Under the pieces are notes generated by a model, which worked only from the letters and a program-made list of their open reading frames with translations, was not told where the DNA came from and did not search any database. The position numbers and the translations under genes were made by a program. Shown one piece after another: positions 61,133 to 64,000 of a stretch of DNA of 64,000 nucleotides; within the stretch, counting starts at the first letter, position 1; each line of letters starts with the position of its first letter. The DNA lies in the NCBI RefSeq assembly GCF_001194135.2, contig NC_068983.1, positions 92,484,086 to 92,548,085 of the forward strand, given 5' to 3'. Source of the DNA: Octopus bimaculoides (Eukaryota).

Positions 61133-61482
61133 ATTACCTCTGCCTTCGCTAAGGCAGAGGTATTGTTTTCAGTTGTGTTTGTTTGTTTGTTTGTTTGTCC
61201 GTGGACAAGATATTTGAAGAACCGTTGGATGGATTCAGATGAAACTTTCAGGGATGTTTAGCCTCATGACTGGCACAAACTGATTAGATTTTGGGACCAA
61301 TCTGGTATCAGACAAGGATTCTGGATTATTTTTCCTGCTTTTTTACTTAATTTTTGAGAGCAGTTGGGTTCACTTTTAGTATTCTCGTTTGTGAAAGCAG
61401 TTGAGTTTATTTCAGATATTCTCATTTTAAAAATCATCTCTGGCTAATCGTCGAGAGGACATTGGTGTTACCTTGGCGGAGA
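61133..61482 (+). mobile_element. Helentron-associated non-autonomous element (HINE/DINE-1-like)
   Basis: 5' perfect hairpin acctctgcctt-cgct-aaggcagaggt (61136-61161), (GTTT)n tract, and 3' subterminal inverted copy ccttggcggag (61471-61481). The 3' stem-loop is not seen. Confidence 0.55.
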
Positions 61483-63149
61483 TTTTAATTTGTTATTGTT
61501 TTTATTCGTGAAGTGAAGATGGAACATCAGACTTCATAATATTCAAATTTTAGTATTTCACTATCCTGAGTTTAGTTATAGTCAGGAACAAATGAACAGA
61601 ATTTCATCTCATTAAATTCACTTGAGTAAATTTCATCAGAATTCTTTAATGAAATTAATCCTATCACTTATTCTTATCAATGCAGGTGCCTGTCTTGCAC
61701 ACACTGTCCAATTCCCAGTCACTCTCTCAGCTCACACAAAGCTTCAAATCATACATTTTACTTCATGCTGTAGTCCTTTCTCTCCATGCAGAACTGTGTG
61801 CAAATCATCCCATGGACAAAAGTTTTGCAGTAGGGAAGAAAAAGGTTGACACTTAAATGATTTCCATGTCACACTGAGTGGAAATATTTAAACAACATCA
61901 TTACCATCAAAAGAACATCAGCTATTCTTAATTCGTCCCACTCAGTTCAGGCGGCTCTGTCATATTGAGATGGCCAAGCAGATGATTCTGAGTAAACCAG
62001 AATTTTCTCTCTTTAATTGGATATAAGTGCAGTATGGAAATAATGCATGGTGCACTTGTTTTGCTGTCTAGTTTGTTGCGATAATATTTCAATAGGAGTA
62101 GACAAAATGGAATGACTGTATGACAATCTCGATTACTTTAACTAGTATGTTTATGAAAATTTGTAGATGTTTTATTGCCTGTGTATGTGTATGAGAAAGT
62201 GTGGGAGAGAGAGGGAAGTTTTGTATATGTCTAGATGAAGCTGTCTTTGAATGATAACAGCTGAGGAAAAAGGAAGATAGAGAGGTAACAGGAAAGAGAG
62301 TAAGGGGAGATGATTTAATTATCTAGTTTAAGACACTCTTCCGAAGATTTAAGTATTTAAGTATGCATAGTGACTGTCACCACCGACAATCCTATTGCCA
62401 GCACCACCTGCATTTGCACCTACGCTAATATTTCATCTTCACCTCACTGGAGATTCAGATAAAATACTCACTTGCTAGCTGTAGCAGCAGTAGTAGTAAT
62501 GATGAAGATGATAATCTGTTTATCTATGGCTTATCTCCAGATTAAATAACATTTTCTCCCTCAAGCTACTTAAGAGTGGTAGAAGGAGTAATTAGGTGAC
62601 AAAATATTAGTTTTGGAAATGGGGTAGGTTGTGCAGGTGAATGGTAATGGAGTGTTTACTTATAGATGGGAGCAGGATGGATGATAAGAGTAAGATAGGG
62701 AGAAAGATATGATGAATTCTGGGTTGTGTAAGTGACAAAATGGTGTAAAGATCAGAAATAATTCTGAAGTTGTCAGAACAATAATCAATACTATGAATCT
62801 TTGACCTTTTCTTCTCAATGAAGTACTTAACACTTAGTATGTACGGCATATTCACAGCAGTACATATTAAGTTGAAATTGTCTGTTTTGGTTACATTTAA
62901 TTTTATCATAAGTCTTCATATGTGTGCGCATTGCACTCTCCTCCTGTCTCTTTTCCCTCACACCGTTGATCCATACTCATTCTTTATAATGTTGGATACC
63001 CCTAGCCTACACACACACAACCCACCCCATCACCTTTTCAACTTTATTTCTCCCTTTTCTCAGCCCTGTCATTAATCCCAATTCAGTGCCATACTTCTGC
63101 ATCCTTTCTTCCCTGTGTCTCTGATCTCCCTCATAGGAGGCCTTGCAAG

Positions 63150-63475
63150 TTATGAGCAATCATCACTAGTGGCATGAAAAAAAGCACCCAGTAAATTAGT
63201 TGGCATTATGAAGGACATCCAACCATAGAAACCATACCAAAATAGACATTAGTATATGTGTATGTGGTTTGACATCAGATGATAGTTGTAAATGAACATC
63301 ATTCATTTTCAGTATTTTTCAAAAACATGTCTAGCCATAGGGAAATATTAACTTACTTAGAAGTAGGTGTGGGTTGGCAACTAGAAAAGTATTCAGCCAT
63401 AAGAATATCTGTCTCAACAAATTCTGCCTGACCCAAGCAAGCATGAAAAAATAGATATTAAAACAATGGCAAAAG
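63150..63475 (+). mobile_element. RTE-like tail repeats (two degenerate copies)
   Basis: gttggcattatgaaggacatccaaccatagaaacc and aacaaattctgcctgacccaagcaagcatgaaaaaatagatattaaaac. Confidence 0.55.
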
Positions 63476-63524
63476 TGATACATATATATTCACACACACA
63501 CACACACACGCAAACCATCAGGGT

Positions 63525-63960
63525 TCATTCAAGTTACTTTTCATTAATGGCCAATATTATATCCTCTTCTTTTATGTCAATGTAATCGATGTGTTGAGCT
63601 GCTGTCTTAAAGAACTCATCAGGCTTATCTATTTGCATATCTCCTAATGGAGAAGGGAAAGTAATTTGGAATTGTTTAGTATTTCATTTATCTTTTCAGG
63701 ATTTGCACTGAAGCTGATACCTTTGCAAATTTGGAGAAGGCCTTAGGACTCATTTTCATATTTTTGAATTTCCCTTGTTTCTCATTCTTTTCACGGAAGA
63801 GTCTGAGTTTGTTTCCAGTCTTTGAAAGTATCTTTTTTTAAGTAGGACTACTCATTATCATTAAATTGTTTACTTAAGTGATTTGAGATTTTTATTCTTC
63901 ATCACTTAAGGATTTTCTAGTCTGGGAATAATGTCTTTGTGTGTATTGGCTCAGTGGCTT
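63525..63960 (-). mobile_element. CR1-group LINE fragment, same family as 9270-10557
   Basis: Reverse complement ...taaacaattccaaa...gattacattgacataaaagaagaggatataatattggcc aligns with 9350-9485. Confidence 0.75.
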
Positions 63961-64000
63961 GCATTACCAACACATATTCTTCAAGTTTCATGTCATTGTC

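Overview
AT-rich eukaryotic genomic DNA with dense (TA)n, (CA)n and (ATC)n microsatellites and four N gaps. The repeat landscape suggests an octopus-like coleoid cephalopod (inference, not verified). The window is mostly intron of one + strand gene, a Scribble-like LAP/PDZ scaffold. I find five in-frame exons: 6585-6809 (C-terminal half of PDZ4), 21406-21474, 21971-22060, 26211-26300 and 27212-27490. All are phase 0-0, three are absent from the ORF track as such, and no stop codon is reached. The introns hold layered transposons: two antisense Ty3/Gypsy elements (one nested in a CR1-like LINE, one compact with both LTRs and a TSD), several RTE LINE copies, tRNA-derived SINEs, a full-length dead Tigger, five mariner copies, several MITEs and Penelope-like remnants. 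The most unusual signal is an 824-bp solo-LTR-like element (48921-49744) whose 3' end carries three tandem units of LTR terminus plus tRNA-Trp-like primer-binding site, separated by unique spacers. Other highlights are a twin-priming-type inverted RTE, a PHD finger inside RTE ORF2 and a young Merlin-like MITE. All alignments and identities were done by eye; no database searches were run.
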